DNA from: Alphaproteobacteria bacterium
Lineage (GTDB): Bacteria > Pseudomonadota > Alphaproteobacteria > UBA2966
NCBI GenBank assembly: GCA_964291395.2
Contig: OZ219856.1
Location: 352,001-416,000 of the forward strand
Reading direction: 5' to 3'
DNA length: 64,000 bases
The notes under the pieces are model-generated. The model searched no databases, had not been told where the DNA came from, and worked only from the letters and a program-made list of their open reading frames with translations. How positions within the stretch are numbered: the stretch's first letter is position 1; every line of letters starts with the position of its first letter. The position numbers were made by a program, and so were the translations under genes. Positions 38,534 to 48,603 of this stretch are shown here, piece after piece.

Positions 38534-38821
38534 TCAATTCCCTTTGACCTCGACGAGGACGTTGCGGAATCGGGTGTCGCCGATGTTGCGGGCGTCGTGC
38601 CTGGAGCCTTCCTTGCCGCTCACGACATCTCCCGGCGCCATCGCCACGGTATCCACCGCACCGTCCTCGCGATGGATCTCGAGTTCGGAGCCCTCGACCA
38701 CGTAGTAGAAATAATCGTGGTTGTGCGTGTGCATGCCCGAGGCCTCGCCCGGGTCGAGAATGAGATTCCACACCTTGATCTCGTCATCCTCGAAAATGAC
38801 CTTGGTGCCGATTTCCGCCAT
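38534..38821 (-). CDS. Cupin domain protein
   Basis: LDPGE..GMHTH, H.ARNIG. Confidence 0.85.
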   Translation of the reverse strand: MAEIGTKVIFEDDEIKVWNLILDPGEASGMHTHNHDYFYYVVEGSELEIHREDGAVDTVAMAPGDVVSGKEGSRHDARNIGDTRFRNVLVEVKGN

Positions 38822-38873
38822 GGGATCCTCCCGCCCTTTGTCCCGATTCCATACGCCATGCGATCCGTTTTGA

Positions 38874-39620
38874 CTAGCGCCCGCCGGCAACGTCCAGGCA
38901 CGTCGCGGTGACGTAGCTTGCCTCGTCGGAGCAGGCCCACACCACGAGATTCGCTACCTCCTCGGGCTCACCCAGCCGCCGCAACGGTGCATCCCGGTTG
39001 ACGGCCTCGGCCGCCACCGCAAGATCGACCTGATTGCCCTCCCAGATCTCCGTGCGCGTCGCTCCCGGCCGTACCGAGACCACGCGGATGCCTTCGGGCC
39101 CCACTTCCTTGGCGAGGCCCAACGTAAATGAATCGAGGGCGCCCTTGCTCGCGGCATAGGGAACGTCGCGCGGCCAGCCTCCGGTCCGGGAGGAAATCGA
39201 CGAGACGTTGACGATCACGCCGCCGCGGCCGCCCAGACGGTTCGACATGCGGCCGATGGCTTCCCTCGAGACGAGCGCCGGTCCGAAGACGTTCACGGCG
39301 AACGTTCTCTTGAACCTTTCCGGTTCGAAATCCGCGATCAACGTGTCGTAGTCGACTCCTGCATTGTTGATCACCGCTCCGGGCGCGCCCAGGCCATCGT
39401 CAAGCTCCTGGAACATGCGCAGGACGTCTTCTTCGACGCCCACGTCGGCCTGTACGGTGATCGCGCGCCGGCCCGCCGCCCGGACGTCCTCCGCGACGGC
39501 CTCAGCCTTGTCCTTCGACCGGCTGTAGTTCACCGCGACGTCCCAACCCCGCCGTCCGGCGAGGCGTGCGGTCGCCGCGCCGATGCCGCGGCTGGCTCCG
39601 GTGATCAGCATGACACTCAT
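38874..39620 (-). CDS. Short-chain dehydrogenase/reductase
   Basis: TGASRGIG, NNAG, YAASK. Confidence 0.93.
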   Translation of the reverse strand: MSVMLITGASRGIGAATARLAGRRGWDVAVNYSRSKDKAEAVAEDVRAAGRRAITVQADVGVEEDVLRMFQELDDGLGAPGAVINNAGVDYDTLIADFEPERFKRTFAVNVFGPALVSREAIGRMSNRLGGRGGVIVNVSSISSRTGGWPRDVPYAASKGALDSFTLGLAKEVGPEGIRVVSVRPGATRTEIWEGNQVDLAVAAEAVNRDAPLRRLGEPEEVANLVVWACSDEASYVTATCLDVAGGR

Positions 39621-39652
39621 GTCGGTCCTTTCCGATCGGCTCTCACGACACG

Positions 39653-40939
39653 TTACGCCCCGGCCGTCGGCAACGTATTCTTGCATACCCGCCCGTCCTG
39701 CATGATCAGGACAATCCGATCCTTGTCCCTGAGGACACGGACGTCCCGGGACGGATCGCCGTCCACGATCAGCAGATCGGCCGCCTTTCCCACCTCCAGC
39801 GTGCCCCACGACCCGCTCCGGCCGATCGCGCGAGCCGAGGTCCGGGTCGCCGCCTGGAGGACCTCCATTGCGGACAGTCCCAGATCCTGCAGATATTCCA
39901 TTTCGGAGACGAGGTCGTAAGGCGGGAAGACGTGCGCCGCGTCGGAGCCGACGCCGATCGGGGTTCCCGCGCGTCGGGCACGCTGGACGGTGTCCGCGCA
40001 GGCTTCGTAGGCCACCCGGCAGCGGTCGATGAACGTCTGCACGTCCGAGGGTTCCGTGCCGCCCGATCGGAGGAACGCCCGAGCGTAATCCTCGTTCACG
40101 CGGAAGTGCAGCCAGGAAATGGTCGGCACGAACACGCAGCCCGCCTCGGCCATCAGATCGAGGCCTTCGTCATCCGCGAATTCCCCGGAGTGAAGGGAGA
40201 TAACGCCGGCGCGGACCGCGTCCTTGATCCCGTCGGCATCGTGCGCGTGCGCGTGCACCGACTTGCCGAACTTCGCTGCTTCCTTCACGGCCGCGTCGAT
40301 CTCCTCGAAGGAAAGGTCCTGCGTGTCCCCGTCGATCCACGGGTTGCCCGGTGTCCCGCTGGCGGTCACCTTGACCCAATCGACACCGGATCGGATCTGC
40401 TTGCGCACGGCGGTCTGCATTTCCTCGGTGCCGTTCACGGCGACGCCGAGATAGGTCTCGTTCTCGTGGTAACCCCAGGCGCCGGTGTGATCTCCGATAC
40501 CGCCCGACCCCGACAGCATCTGGCCCGCCGCCACGACCTTGGGTCCCCTGATCACACCCTTGGCGACCGCATCCCGAACCGCCGTGCCGATGCGGCCCCG
40601 GCAGGCGCCGTCGCCCACCGCCGTGCAACCCGTCTCCAGGACCAGAGCCGCGTTCTCCGCGGCCTTGAGAACGTTGAACTCCAGGCTCTCGTTCATCTGC
40701 TGAAGGATGAGCGCGTATTCCTTGGCGTGATAGGTCAGGTGGGTATGCGCATCGATCAGTCCGGGCATGACCGTGCGGCCCTCCGCGTCGATGACCTCCA
40801 TGTCCGGGGTGGTCTCGAGCGAGGCACCCTCTCCGGACCGGCTGATCCGCCCCTGCTCGACGACCAAGGTCCAGCCGTGGCGGACGTCGATGTCCGTCCC
40901 GTCGACGAGACGTGCATTGACGATGGCGGTCGCCGCCAT
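39653..40939 (-). CDS. Metal-dependent amidohydrolase (Xaa-Pro dipeptidase-like subfamily)
   Basis: PGLIDAHTH, WVK, HAH, GSD, GKAADL. Confidence 0.88.
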   Translation of the reverse strand: MAATAIVNARLVDGTDIDVRHGWTLVVEQGRISRSGEGASLETTPDMEVIDAEGRTVMPGLIDAHTHLTYHAKEYALILQQMNESLEFNVLKAAENAALVLETGCTAVGDGACRGRIGTAVRDAVAKGVIRGPKVVAAGQMLSGSGGIGDHTGAWGYHENETYLGVAVNGTEEMQTAVRKQIRSGVDWVKVTASGTPGNPWIDGDTQDLSFEEIDAAVKEAAKFGKSVHAHAHDADGIKDAVRAGVISLHSGEFADDEGLDLMAEAGCVFVPTISWLHFRVNEDYARAFLRSGGTEPSDVQTFIDRCRVAYEACADTVQRARRAGTPIGVGSDAAHVFPPYDLVSEMEYLQDLGLSAMEVLQAATRTSARAIGRSGSWGTLEVGKAADLLIVDGDPSRDVRVLRDKDRIVLIMQDGRVCKNTLPTAGA

Positions 40940-40942
40940 CGG

Positions 40943-42391
40943 CTAGCCCTGCGGCACGCCCGCGTCGTCGAGGAAACTCCGGTCGTTGACCGGATTGGGC
41001 CGGTCGCAGGGCAGGAACTCGCCCCGGCCCGCCTTGCCCACGAACTCTCCGTCATGCCAGATGATTTCGCCGCGAGACACGGTCACTTCGGGCCAGCCCT
41101 GGACGTCGAGTCCGTCATAGGGCGTGTAGTCCATGCCGTCGTGCAGACCGGCGATGGAAATGGTCGTTCGACGATCGGCATCCCACACCGCGAAATCCGC
41201 GTCCGAGCCGACGCCGATCGTGCCCTTGCGCGGGTAGAGGCCATAGATCTTGGCGGGATTCGTGGCGGAGACGGCAACCACCTGGTTGAGGTCGATGCCG
41301 CCCGCCGTCACGGCGCGGGAGAACAGCAGCGGCAGGCGCGTCTCCACCCCGGGCACGCCGTTGGTGATCCGGTTGAACGGCGGGTTCGGTCCGTGCACCA
41401 GCTTGCCCTGGGGGTCGTCATAGCGGAATGCCGCGTGATCCGACGAATAGACGTGGAAAACGCCGGTCTCCATGGCGTGCCATAGGGCGGCTTGGTTCTC
41501 GGGCGTTCCGGGCGGCGGCGCGCAGATGCACTTGGCGCCCTCCATGCCGTCCTTATCGAGATCGTTCTCGTTCAGGAACAGGTACTGGGGACAGGTTTCA
41601 CCGTACACCTTGAGACCGCGGCTCTGCGCCCACCGGATCGTCTCCGCCGCCTCGCCGGTGGCGACATGGACGATCAGGATCGGCACGTCGGCGATCTCGC
41701 CCAGGGTGATCGCCCGGTGCGCCGCCTCGCGTTCCACCGGCGGCTGGTGCGCGATGCCCTTGAACTTCGGCGCCACGCGGCCGCTCTCCAACAGCTTTCC
41801 GGTCAGCCAGACGATGCAGTCCGCGTTCTCGGCGTGAATCATCATCATGGCGCCGTGACGGCGCGCGACCGACATGACTTCCAGGATCTCATGGTCGCTC
41901 AGCATCAGGGCCTTGTAGGTCATGTAGACCTTGATCGAGGTGTAACCCTCCTCGATCAGCGACGGCACTTCCTGGCCGAGCACCTGAGCCGTGGGGTCGG
42001 CGACGATCAGGTGTATGGCGTAGTCGATGACCGCCTTGCCGACGGGCTTCCGGCGATACGCCTCGACGGCGGCGCGCAGCGATTCGCCCTTGATCTGCCG
42101 CGCGAAGGGAATCAGGGTCGTCGTCCCGCCGCAGGCCGCGGAAACCGTGGTCGTGTAGAAGTCCGTGCCGGGCCGGGCGCCCGTCTCCGGGGAGTCCTGC
42201 TCGATGTGAACGTGGGCGTCGATCCCGCCGGGCAGGACGTACTTACCGGTCGCGTCGACGGTTCGCGCAGCATCGCGCAGCCCGTCGCCCAGTGCGGCGA
42301 TCTTGCCGTTCCTGACTCCCACGTCGCAAACCCAGGTGTCGGCGGCCGTCACCACCGTGCCACCCCGGACCACGAGATCGAATTCCGTCAT
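40943..42391 (-). CDS. hydA: Dihydropyrimidinase/D-hydantoinase
   Basis: PGGIDAHVH, KVYMTY, HAEN, ETCPQYL, SDH, NGVPGVE, NPAK. Confidence 0.93.
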   Translation of the reverse strand: MTEFDLVVRGGTVVTAADTWVCDVGVRNGKIAALGDGLRDAARTVDATGKYVLPGGIDAHVHIEQDSPETGARPGTDFYTTTVSAACGGTTTLIPFARQIKGESLRAAVEAYRRKPVGKAVIDYAIHLIVADPTAQVLGQEVPSLIEEGYTSIKVYMTYKALMLSDHEILEVMSVARRHGAMMMIHAENADCIVWLTGKLLESGRVAPKFKGIAHQPPVEREAAHRAITLGEIADVPILIVHVATGEAAETIRWAQSRGLKVYGETCPQYLFLNENDLDKDGMEGAKCICAPPPGTPENQAALWHAMETGVFHVYSSDHAAFRYDDPQGKLVHGPNPPFNRITNGVPGVETRLPLLFSRAVTAGGIDLNQVVAVSATNPAKIYGLYPRKGTIGVGSDADFAVWDADRRTTISIAGLHDGMDYTPYDGLDVQGWPEVTVSRGEIIWHDGEFVGKAGRGEFLPCDRPNPVNDRSFLDDAGVPQG

Positions 42392-42482
42392 GCGCGTCCC
42401 CCCTGTCCTGTCCATCACAGACTACGCTTTGCGGCGGGATGGTGCCAGGCACGGCGCCTGTCACCGAGGGCCTCGAGCCGCA

Positions 42483-42595
42483 TTGACACGCCGTATGCCG
42501 CCTTTCATCGTGACGGAAACGGGTTCGATGCTCGGCTCGTCCCGCGAGAGGGGGTCACCCGCGCATCGATCCGTTCTCAATGGACGGGTGACATC
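42483..42595 (+). promoter_or_regulatory. Sigma70-like promoter and structured 5' leader of the ure cluster
   Basis: TTGACA (42483) - 17 bp - CATCGT (42506); alternative hairpins 42518-42575 and 42554-42592. Confidence 0.5.
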
Positions 42596-43045
42596 ATGCT
42601 CCGCCTGACCGGCATTGTGGGCCACGCGAGCGACGCCGAAATCGCGGACAGATTGCATGACCTCGGTCACCACGGACGCGTCGAGAGCATCGTCCTGAGG
42701 CGTGCCGATACTCTGCGCCATCGACTCAGGATCAATACGGACCGGGGCACCGAATGCGCGATCGCGCTCGCCCGGGACCAGCATCTGTCCCAGGGGGCCG
42801 TCCTTCTTCTCGAGGACGATCGGGCCATCGTCGTGCGCATGGAAGAGGAATCCTGGCTGCCGCTGGAACCGCGGGACGCCGCCACGGCGCTGGAACTCGG
42901 CTATTTCGCAGGCAACCTGCACTGGCGCGTCCGCTTCGACGGTGAAGTCCTCAAGGTGGCCCTGGAAGGTCCCGAGGCCGACTACATCGCCCGCATCGAG
43001 CCGTTTCTCGCCGACGGTCGGGTGAGGCGGGTTTACGATGGCTGA
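42596..43045 (+). CDS. ureE: Urease accessory protein UreE
   Basis: RHRLRINTDRG, GAVL, LGYFAGNLHW. Confidence 0.88.
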   Translation: MLRLTGIVGHASDAEIADRLHDLGHHGRVESIVLRRADTLRHRLRINTDRGTECAIALARDQHLSQGAVLLLEDDRAIVVRMEEESWLPLEPRDAATALELGYFAGNLHWRVRFDGEVLKVALEGPEADYIARIEPFLADGRVRRVYDG

Positions 43046-43718
43046 GCCGGCGCGCCTCCTCGCCGCGCTGCAGCACGGCGACAGCTTCTTTCCGAGTGGG
43101 GGCGTTTCCTTCTCCTGGGGCCTCGAATCGCTATGCGCGGAGGGTCTGGTCGCCGACGAGACGGATGTTTGCCGGTTCGTCCAAGGTCAGCTCAGCCATC
43201 GTTGGGCGACGTGCGACCGTCCTGCCTTGATCGCTGCCCATCGGGCAGGAAGGAATCTTGAGAGCGTTGCCCTCGTTGACGCGGAACTCGAGGCCCTGGC
43301 GCTGCCCCAGGGATTGCGCGTCGGCAGCCGGCGCGCCGGTGGGGCGCTCCTCAACGCCCATGAGCGATTGGAGACCCGACACGCCAAAGAGTATCGGCGG
43401 ATGGTCAAGACCGGATCGGCGTTCGGGCATCTCCCGGTGGTGCAGGGACTGGCATGGGGCGCCGTCGGGCTCGCCGAAGAAGTGGCGGCGGCCGTATCGG
43501 CCCACACCCTTTGCGTGGCCCTCCTGGGTGCGGCGCTTCGGCTCGGCGTCATCGGCCATGTGGGGGCGCAGCGGATTCTCGATGACATGCGGCCCGAAAT
43601 GACTCGCTTGCTGTCGTTGCCGGTCCCGCCGCCCGGCAACTTCAGCGCCTGCACCCCGGCCGCCGATATCGCCGTGATGCGCCACGAGACGGCGGAGGTT
43701 CGACTTTTCGCGAATTGA
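43038..43718 (+). CDS. ureF: Urease accessory protein UreF
   Basis: DSFFPSGG.SFSWGLE, AALRL, RHETAEVRLFAN. Confidence 0.92.
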   Translation: MAEPARLLAALQHGDSFFPSGGVSFSWGLESLCAEGLVADETDVCRFVQGQLSHRWATCDRPALIAAHRAGRNLESVALVDAELEALALPQGLRVGSRRAGGALLNAHERLETRHAKEYRRMVKTGSAFGHLPVVQGLAWGAVGLAEEVAAAVSAHTLCVALLGAALRLGVIGHVGAQRILDDMRPEMTRLLSLPVPPPGNFSACTPAADIAVMRHETAEVRLFAN

Positions 43719-43745
43719 AATCGACACCAGTCAGGGAGGAAGAGG

Positions 43746-44447
43746 ATGCTTCTGACACCCACCGAGATGGAGCGGTTGACCATCTTCACCGCGGCCGAGC
43801 TCGCGCGCCGGCATCAGGCCAAGGGGCTTCAACTCAATCATCCCGAGGCCGTCGCCATCATCGTCGATGAAATTCTCGAGCGCGCTCGCGAGGGCCAGAG
43901 CGTGGCGGAGCTGATCAGCTTGGGGTCAACCCTGCTCACGACGGATGATGTGCTGCCCGGCGTGGCGGACCTCATGCCGATGATCCAGGTGGAGGCGACC
44001 TTTCCTGACGGGACCAAGCTCGTCACGGTCCACGACCCGATCCGCCCGGGCAAGAAACCTATCGCCAAGAAGGACCGGATCGCGCCAGGTGAAATCATCG
44101 CGGCGGAAGGCGACATCGAGCTCAATGCCGGCCGTCGCACCGCGACGGTCAAGGCCGTGAATACCGGCGATCGGCCGATCCAGGTGGGCAGCCACTACCA
44201 CTTCTTCGAGGTGAACAAGGCGCTGGACTTCGATCGCGCAGCCGCATTCGGCATGCATCTCGACATTCCGGCGGGAACCGCCGTTCGCTTCGAGCCGGGC
44301 GAAAGCAAGGAGGTCACGCTGGTCGCCTTCGGCGGCACCGGCGAGGTCCATGGTCTCAATTCATTGACCGACGGGGCGACGCGCAGCGACAACCGCCGGG
44401 AAGAGGCGCTGCGGCTCGCCCGTGATGCCGGATTCAAGGGAGCCTGA
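43746..44447 (+). CDS. ureAB: Fused urease gamma-beta subunit
   Basis: [44 protein letters not shown]. Confidence 0.95.
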   Translation: MLLTPTEMERLTIFTAAELARRHQAKGLQLNHPEAVAIIVDEILERAREGQSVAELISLGSTLLTTDDVLPGVADLMPMIQVEATFPDGTKLVTVHDPIRPGKKPIAKKDRIAPGEIIAAEGDIELNAGRRTATVKAVNTGDRPIQVGSHYHFFEVNKALDFDRAAAFGMHLDIPAGTAVRFEPGESKEVTLVAFGGTGEVHGLNSLTDGATRSDNRREEALRLARDAGFKGA

Positions 44448-44450
44448 GCC

Positions 44451-46163
44451 ATGGCCACGATCACACGCAAGGAATACGCCGAGCTCTACGGCCCGACCAC
44501 CGGTGACGCGATCCGCCTCGGCGATACCTCGTTGCTCGCCGAAGTCGAGCACGACTTTGCCTTCCCGGGCGACGAATGCCTGCATGGCGGTGGCAAGACG
44601 CTCCGCGACGGGCTAGGTCTCACGGCCGGTTACGACAGCGCCGCGGGGTCGCTCGACATGCTGCTCTGCAATGCCCTGGTGATCGATCCCGTCCTCGGTG
44701 TCGTGAAGGCCGATATCGGCATCAAGGATGGCGTCCTCTCGGGCGTTGGCAAGGCCGGGAACCCGGCGGTGATGGATAACGTCGACCCGGCGCTGGTCTG
44801 CGGCGCGGCGACCACGGTCCGGGACGCCGAAGGCCTCATCGCAACACCGGGCGGCATCGACGTCCACGTCCACTTCGACAGCGCCCAGCTCTGCGAGCAC
44901 GCCATCGCCTCGGGGATCACCACCATGATCGGCGGCTCGCTCGGCCCCATCACCGTGGGCATCGACTGCGGCGGGGCCTGGAACGTTGGCAAGATGCTGC
45001 AGGCCGCCGAGCAGTGGCCGATCAATTTCGGCTTCCTCGGACGCGGCAACTCATCCAAGCCGCGGTCGCTACTCGATCAGATATCCGGCGGTTGCCTCGG
45101 CCTCAAGATCCATGAGGACTGGGGTGCCATGCCGGCGGTGATCGACACCTGCCTGTCGGTCGCCGACGACCTCGACTTCCAGGTTCAACTGCATACGGAC
45201 ACGCTCAACGAGAGCGGATTCCTGGAAGACACGCTGGCCGCGATCAACGGTCGCACCATCCACATGTACCACACCGAGGGAGCGGGCGGCGGCCACGCAC
45301 CCGACATCATCCGCGTGGCGGGAGAGGCCAACTGCCTGCCGTCTTCGACCAATCCCACCAATCCCTACACGGTCAACACCTTCGACGAGCACCTCGACAT
45401 GACGATGGTGTGTCATCACCTGAACCCGGCCATACCCGAGGACGTGGCTTTTGCGGAAAGCCGAATCCGGGCGCAGACCATCGCCGCCGAGGACGTGCTC
45501 CACGATATCGGCGCAATCTCGATGCTGGGCTCCGACAGTCAGGGCATGGGCCGGATCAACGAGGTGATCTGCCGGACCTGGCAGCTCGCCAGTAAGATGA
45601 AGGATCAGCGGGGGCGTTTGGACGAGGAACAGACCCGCATCGGGGACAACGAGCGCATCCGCCGGTATATCGCGAAGTACACCATCAACGCGGCCCGTAC
45701 GTTCGGGATCGATGATCACGTGGGATCTCTGGAACGTGGCAAGCTCGCCGACGTGGTGCTCTGGCGGCCGGGATTCTTCGGCATCAAGCCCGAGCTCGTG
45801 GTCAAGGGCGGTTTCATCGTCTGGGGTGCGATGGGCGACAGCGCCGCGTCGTTGATGACCTGCGAGCCGCTGATGATGCGTCCCCAGTGGGGAGCCTTTG
45901 GCGAGGCCCGCAAGGCGCTGAGCGCGAGCTTCGTCAACCAGGGCGCCGTGGACGCCGGCATCGCCGAGGGGCTCGGACTCAGGAAACGCGTGCTGCCGGC
46001 GCGGGGGACCCGCAAGCTCAACAAGCAGCACATGCTGCGCAACGACGCGTGCCCCGACATTCGCGTCAATCCGCAGACCTTCGACGTCTTCGTCGACGAC
46101 GAGCTGGCGACCTGCGAGCCGGCCTCGACGTTGCCGTTGACGCAGAGATACATGCTGCGATGA
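44451..46163 (+). CDS. ureC: Urease alpha subunit, divergent
   Basis: [41 protein letters not shown]; substrate loops altered. Confidence 0.93.
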   Translation: MATITRKEYAELYGPTTGDAIRLGDTSLLAEVEHDFAFPGDECLHGGGKTLRDGLGLTAGYDSAAGSLDMLLCNALVIDPVLGVVKADIGIKDGVLSGVGKAGNPAVMDNVDPALVCGAATTVRDAEGLIATPGGIDVHVHFDSAQLCEHAIASGITTMIGGSLGPITVGIDCGGAWNVGKMLQAAEQWPINFGFLGRGNSSKPRSLLDQISGGCLGLKIHEDWGAMPAVIDTCLSVADDLDFQVQLHTDTLNESGFLEDTLAAINGRTIHMYHTEGAGGGHAPDIIRVAGEANCLPSSTNPTNPYTVNTFDEHLDMTMVCHHLNPAIPEDVAFAESRIRAQTIAAEDVLHDIGAISMLGSDSQGMGRINEVICRTWQLASKMKDQRGRLDEEQTRIGDNERIRRYIAKYTINAARTFGIDDHVGSLERGKLADVVLWRPGFFGIKPELVVKGGFIVWGAMGDSAASLMTCEPLMMRPQWGAFGEARKALSASFVNQGAVDAGIAEGLGLRKRVLPARGTRKLNKQHMLRNDACPDIRVNPQTFDVFVDDELATCEPASTLPLTQRYMLR

Positions 46164-46795
46164 ACGCCGCCGTCACACAGGACTCTCCCTCGGCTGCCCG
46201 GGTCGGCATCGGCGGGCCCGTCGGGTCGGGCAAGACCGCGCTGCTCGAGCAGTTGATCCCCCGGTTCGAGGCACGGGGCACCGAGATCGCGGTCGTGACC
46301 AACGATCTCGTGACAAAGGAGGACGCGGAGCGGCTACGCCGCAGCGGGTTGATCGCGCCGGACCGCGTCATGGCCGTCGAAGCCGGCGCCTGTCCCCACA
46401 CGGTCATCCGCGAGGACCCCACGCTCAACATCGAGGTCGCGGATCTGTTGGAAGACACGTTCGATCCGCTCGATCTCATCATCATCGAGAGCGGCGGGGA
46501 CAATCTCGCCTCCACGTTCTCCCTGGACCTCGTCGATTACTGGCTGTTCGTGATCGACGTGGCCGGCGGCGACGACATCCCCCGCAAGCGGGGCCCGGGT
46601 GTCGTGCAGAGCGACATCCTGGTGATCAACAAGGCGGACCTCGCACCCTACGTCGGTGTCGATCTCGACCGGATGATCGCCGAGGCCGCCGACGTGCGCT
46701 CGGGCCGTCCCGTGCTCGTGACCAACTGTGCCACCGGCGAGGGAGTCGACGCGGTCGTCGAGCGGCTGGTCCACGACGTGTTGTTCGATGAATAG
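46160..46795 (+). CDS. ureG: Urease accessory GTPase UreG
   Basis: [22 protein letters not shown]. Confidence 0.96.
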   Translation: MNAAVTQDSPSAARVGIGGPVGSGKTALLEQLIPRFEARGTEIAVVTNDLVTKEDAERLRRSGLIAPDRVMAVEAGACPHTVIREDPTLNIEVADLLEDTFDPLDLIIIESGGDNLASTFSLDLVDYWLFVIDVAGGDDIPRKRGPGVVQSDILVINKADLAPYVGVDLDRMIAEAADVRSGRPVLVTNCATGEGVDAVVERLVHDVLFDE

Positions 46796-47660
46796 CATCG
46801 CCCCGCTGCCGCTCGCGGGAGAGGGACAGGGCGAGGGCCCTGGCCGCCTGTCCCTGACGTTTTCCCGTGACGGCGACGGCCGGACCTACTTGGACCGCCA
46901 ATTCGCGGGCTATCCGTTCCACGTCTGCCGGCCGCATTATTTCCCGCACGATGTACCGGGGATGGCAACGCTCTACGTTCAGTCGAGCGCAGGGGGCCTC
47001 TACCAGGAGGATGCGCACGACATCGAGATCGTTGCGAATGACTGGACGCGTGCTCACGTCACGACTCAGGCGTCGACCATCGTGCACGGCATGGAGCGCG
47101 GAGCCGCCGTGCAACGGACGACCGTCACCGCTGGTCCCGGAAGCCACGTGGAAGTGGTTCCGGATCCCCTGATCCTGTTCCCCGCCGCGAGTCTGTCGAC
47201 GACGCTGATGGCTCGCATCCACGATACGGCCACGGCCGTCATCGCGGAAGCGTTCCTGATGCACGACCCGGACTCGGCAGACGCGGCATTCGATTCCTTT
47301 CAGGCCGAAGCGGTCATCGGGGATTGGGACGGTACGACCCTTGCCGTTGACCGTTTTCGTATTTCGGGCCGCGACGTCTTTGCGGCGACGCCCGGAATTA
47401 CCGGGGCAGCGCGGGCGCAGGGCCTGCTCATGATCGTGGGGCGCGGAACGGACCAATCCGGCCTCATCGCAGCTCTGCGCGCAGATCTGGGCGTGCAGGA
47501 AGACGCATTCGGCGGCGTATCCGAATTGCCCAACGGTGCCGGCGTCTCGGTGCGGCTGCTGGCGCCTGACGGAGCCGCGCTCCGCGCCGCCATGCTCGCC
47601 GCCTGGGCGTCGGCCAGTGAGACTCTGACCGGTGTGCGGCCATTGCTGCGGCGCAAGTGA
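46788..47660 (+). CDS. ureD: Urease accessory protein UreD
   Basis: YPFH, SSAGG, TTQAST, PDPLILF, terminal RRK. Confidence 0.9.
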   Translation: MNSIAPLPLAGEGQGEGPGRLSLTFSRDGDGRTYLDRQFAGYPFHVCRPHYFPHDVPGMATLYVQSSAGGLYQEDAHDIEIVANDWTRAHVTTQASTIVHGMERGAAVQRTTVTAGPGSHVEVVPDPLILFPAASLSTTLMARIHDTATAVIAEAFLMHDPDSADAAFDSFQAEAVIGDWDGTTLAVDRFRISGRDVFAATPGITGAARAQGLLMIVGRGTDQSGLIAALRADLGVQEDAFGGVSELPNGAGVSVRLLAPDGAALRAAMLAAWASASETLTGVRPLLRRK

Positions 47661-47751
47661 ACGTGCTCTGCATTGGCGAGAGAATCTGGTGAGGTGCGCG
47701 AGAGATGTGGCGACGTCTTCGGGGATTCATTTGGAAGGTGGATAGGAAGCC

Positions 47752-48525
47752 ATGGAACCAGGCGTGAAGGGATTCGACCTGATCGATCGCGTGGCCGTCA
47801 TAACCGGCGGCAACGGTCGGATGGGGCGTGCCAGTGCCTTGAGGCTGGCGGCCGCCGGAGCCGAAGTGGTGGTCACCGACGTGACGCTCGACGGCGCGCA
47901 GGACATCGTCTCGGAGGTCGGGGAAGCCGGACGAAAAGCCCTTCCTGTGATCATGGTCGTCACCGACGGCGACGCTGTCCGGCTGACCGCCGATCGGATC
48001 GTCGCCGAGTTTGGCTCCGTCGACATCTTGGTCAATGCCGCCGGCGTGACCAAACGCCAACCCGCCGAAGAGTTTCCCGAGGCAGATTGGGACCGGATTA
48101 TCGGCATCAATCTCAAGGGCACCTTCCTGTGCTGCCAGCTTTCGGGCGCCCGATGATCGCTTCGGGCCGCGGCACCATCGTCAACCTGGCCTCGATCGGC
48201 GGGGTCATCGCTCTCCCCAACAGCGTTGCCTATTGTGCCAGCAAGGGCGGCGTCGTTCAGGTGACTCGCACGCTCGCGGTCGAATGGGCGCCGCACGGGG
48301 TGCGGTCAATGCCATTGCGCCGTCGCCTATTGACACGCCGCTCGTCCGAGCCGTGTTGGACGCGCCGAGCCCGAATATCGGCAGCGCATGTTGGAGAACG
48401 TTCCCCTGGGCCGCATGGGCAAGCCCGAGGAAGTCGCCGATGCGGTGCTGTATCCGGCATCCGACGCCTCGGCCCTGGCGACCGGGACCGTCCTGCCGGT
48501 GGATGGCGGCTACATGGCGCGGTAG
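47752..48525 (+). pseudogene. Frameshifted SDR (gluconate 5-dehydrogenase-like)
   Basis: TGGNGRMG/NAAG, YCASK, NAIAP and PLGR...VDGG fall in successive frames; shifts near 48138, 48305 and 48363. Confidence 0.85.
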
Positions 48526-48603
48526 GCGGTCGATTGTTGACTCGTCTCTGGCTCGGGCTCATCGTGAGACCTCGCCGCGCGAGATGCTGGCCGGGCTGGT
48601 TGC

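Noticed and set aside
42518-42560. Guanidine-I (ykkC) riboswitch
   Set aside because: Only loose GGGTTC/CGAGAG resemblance; the conserved 3' hairpin is absent
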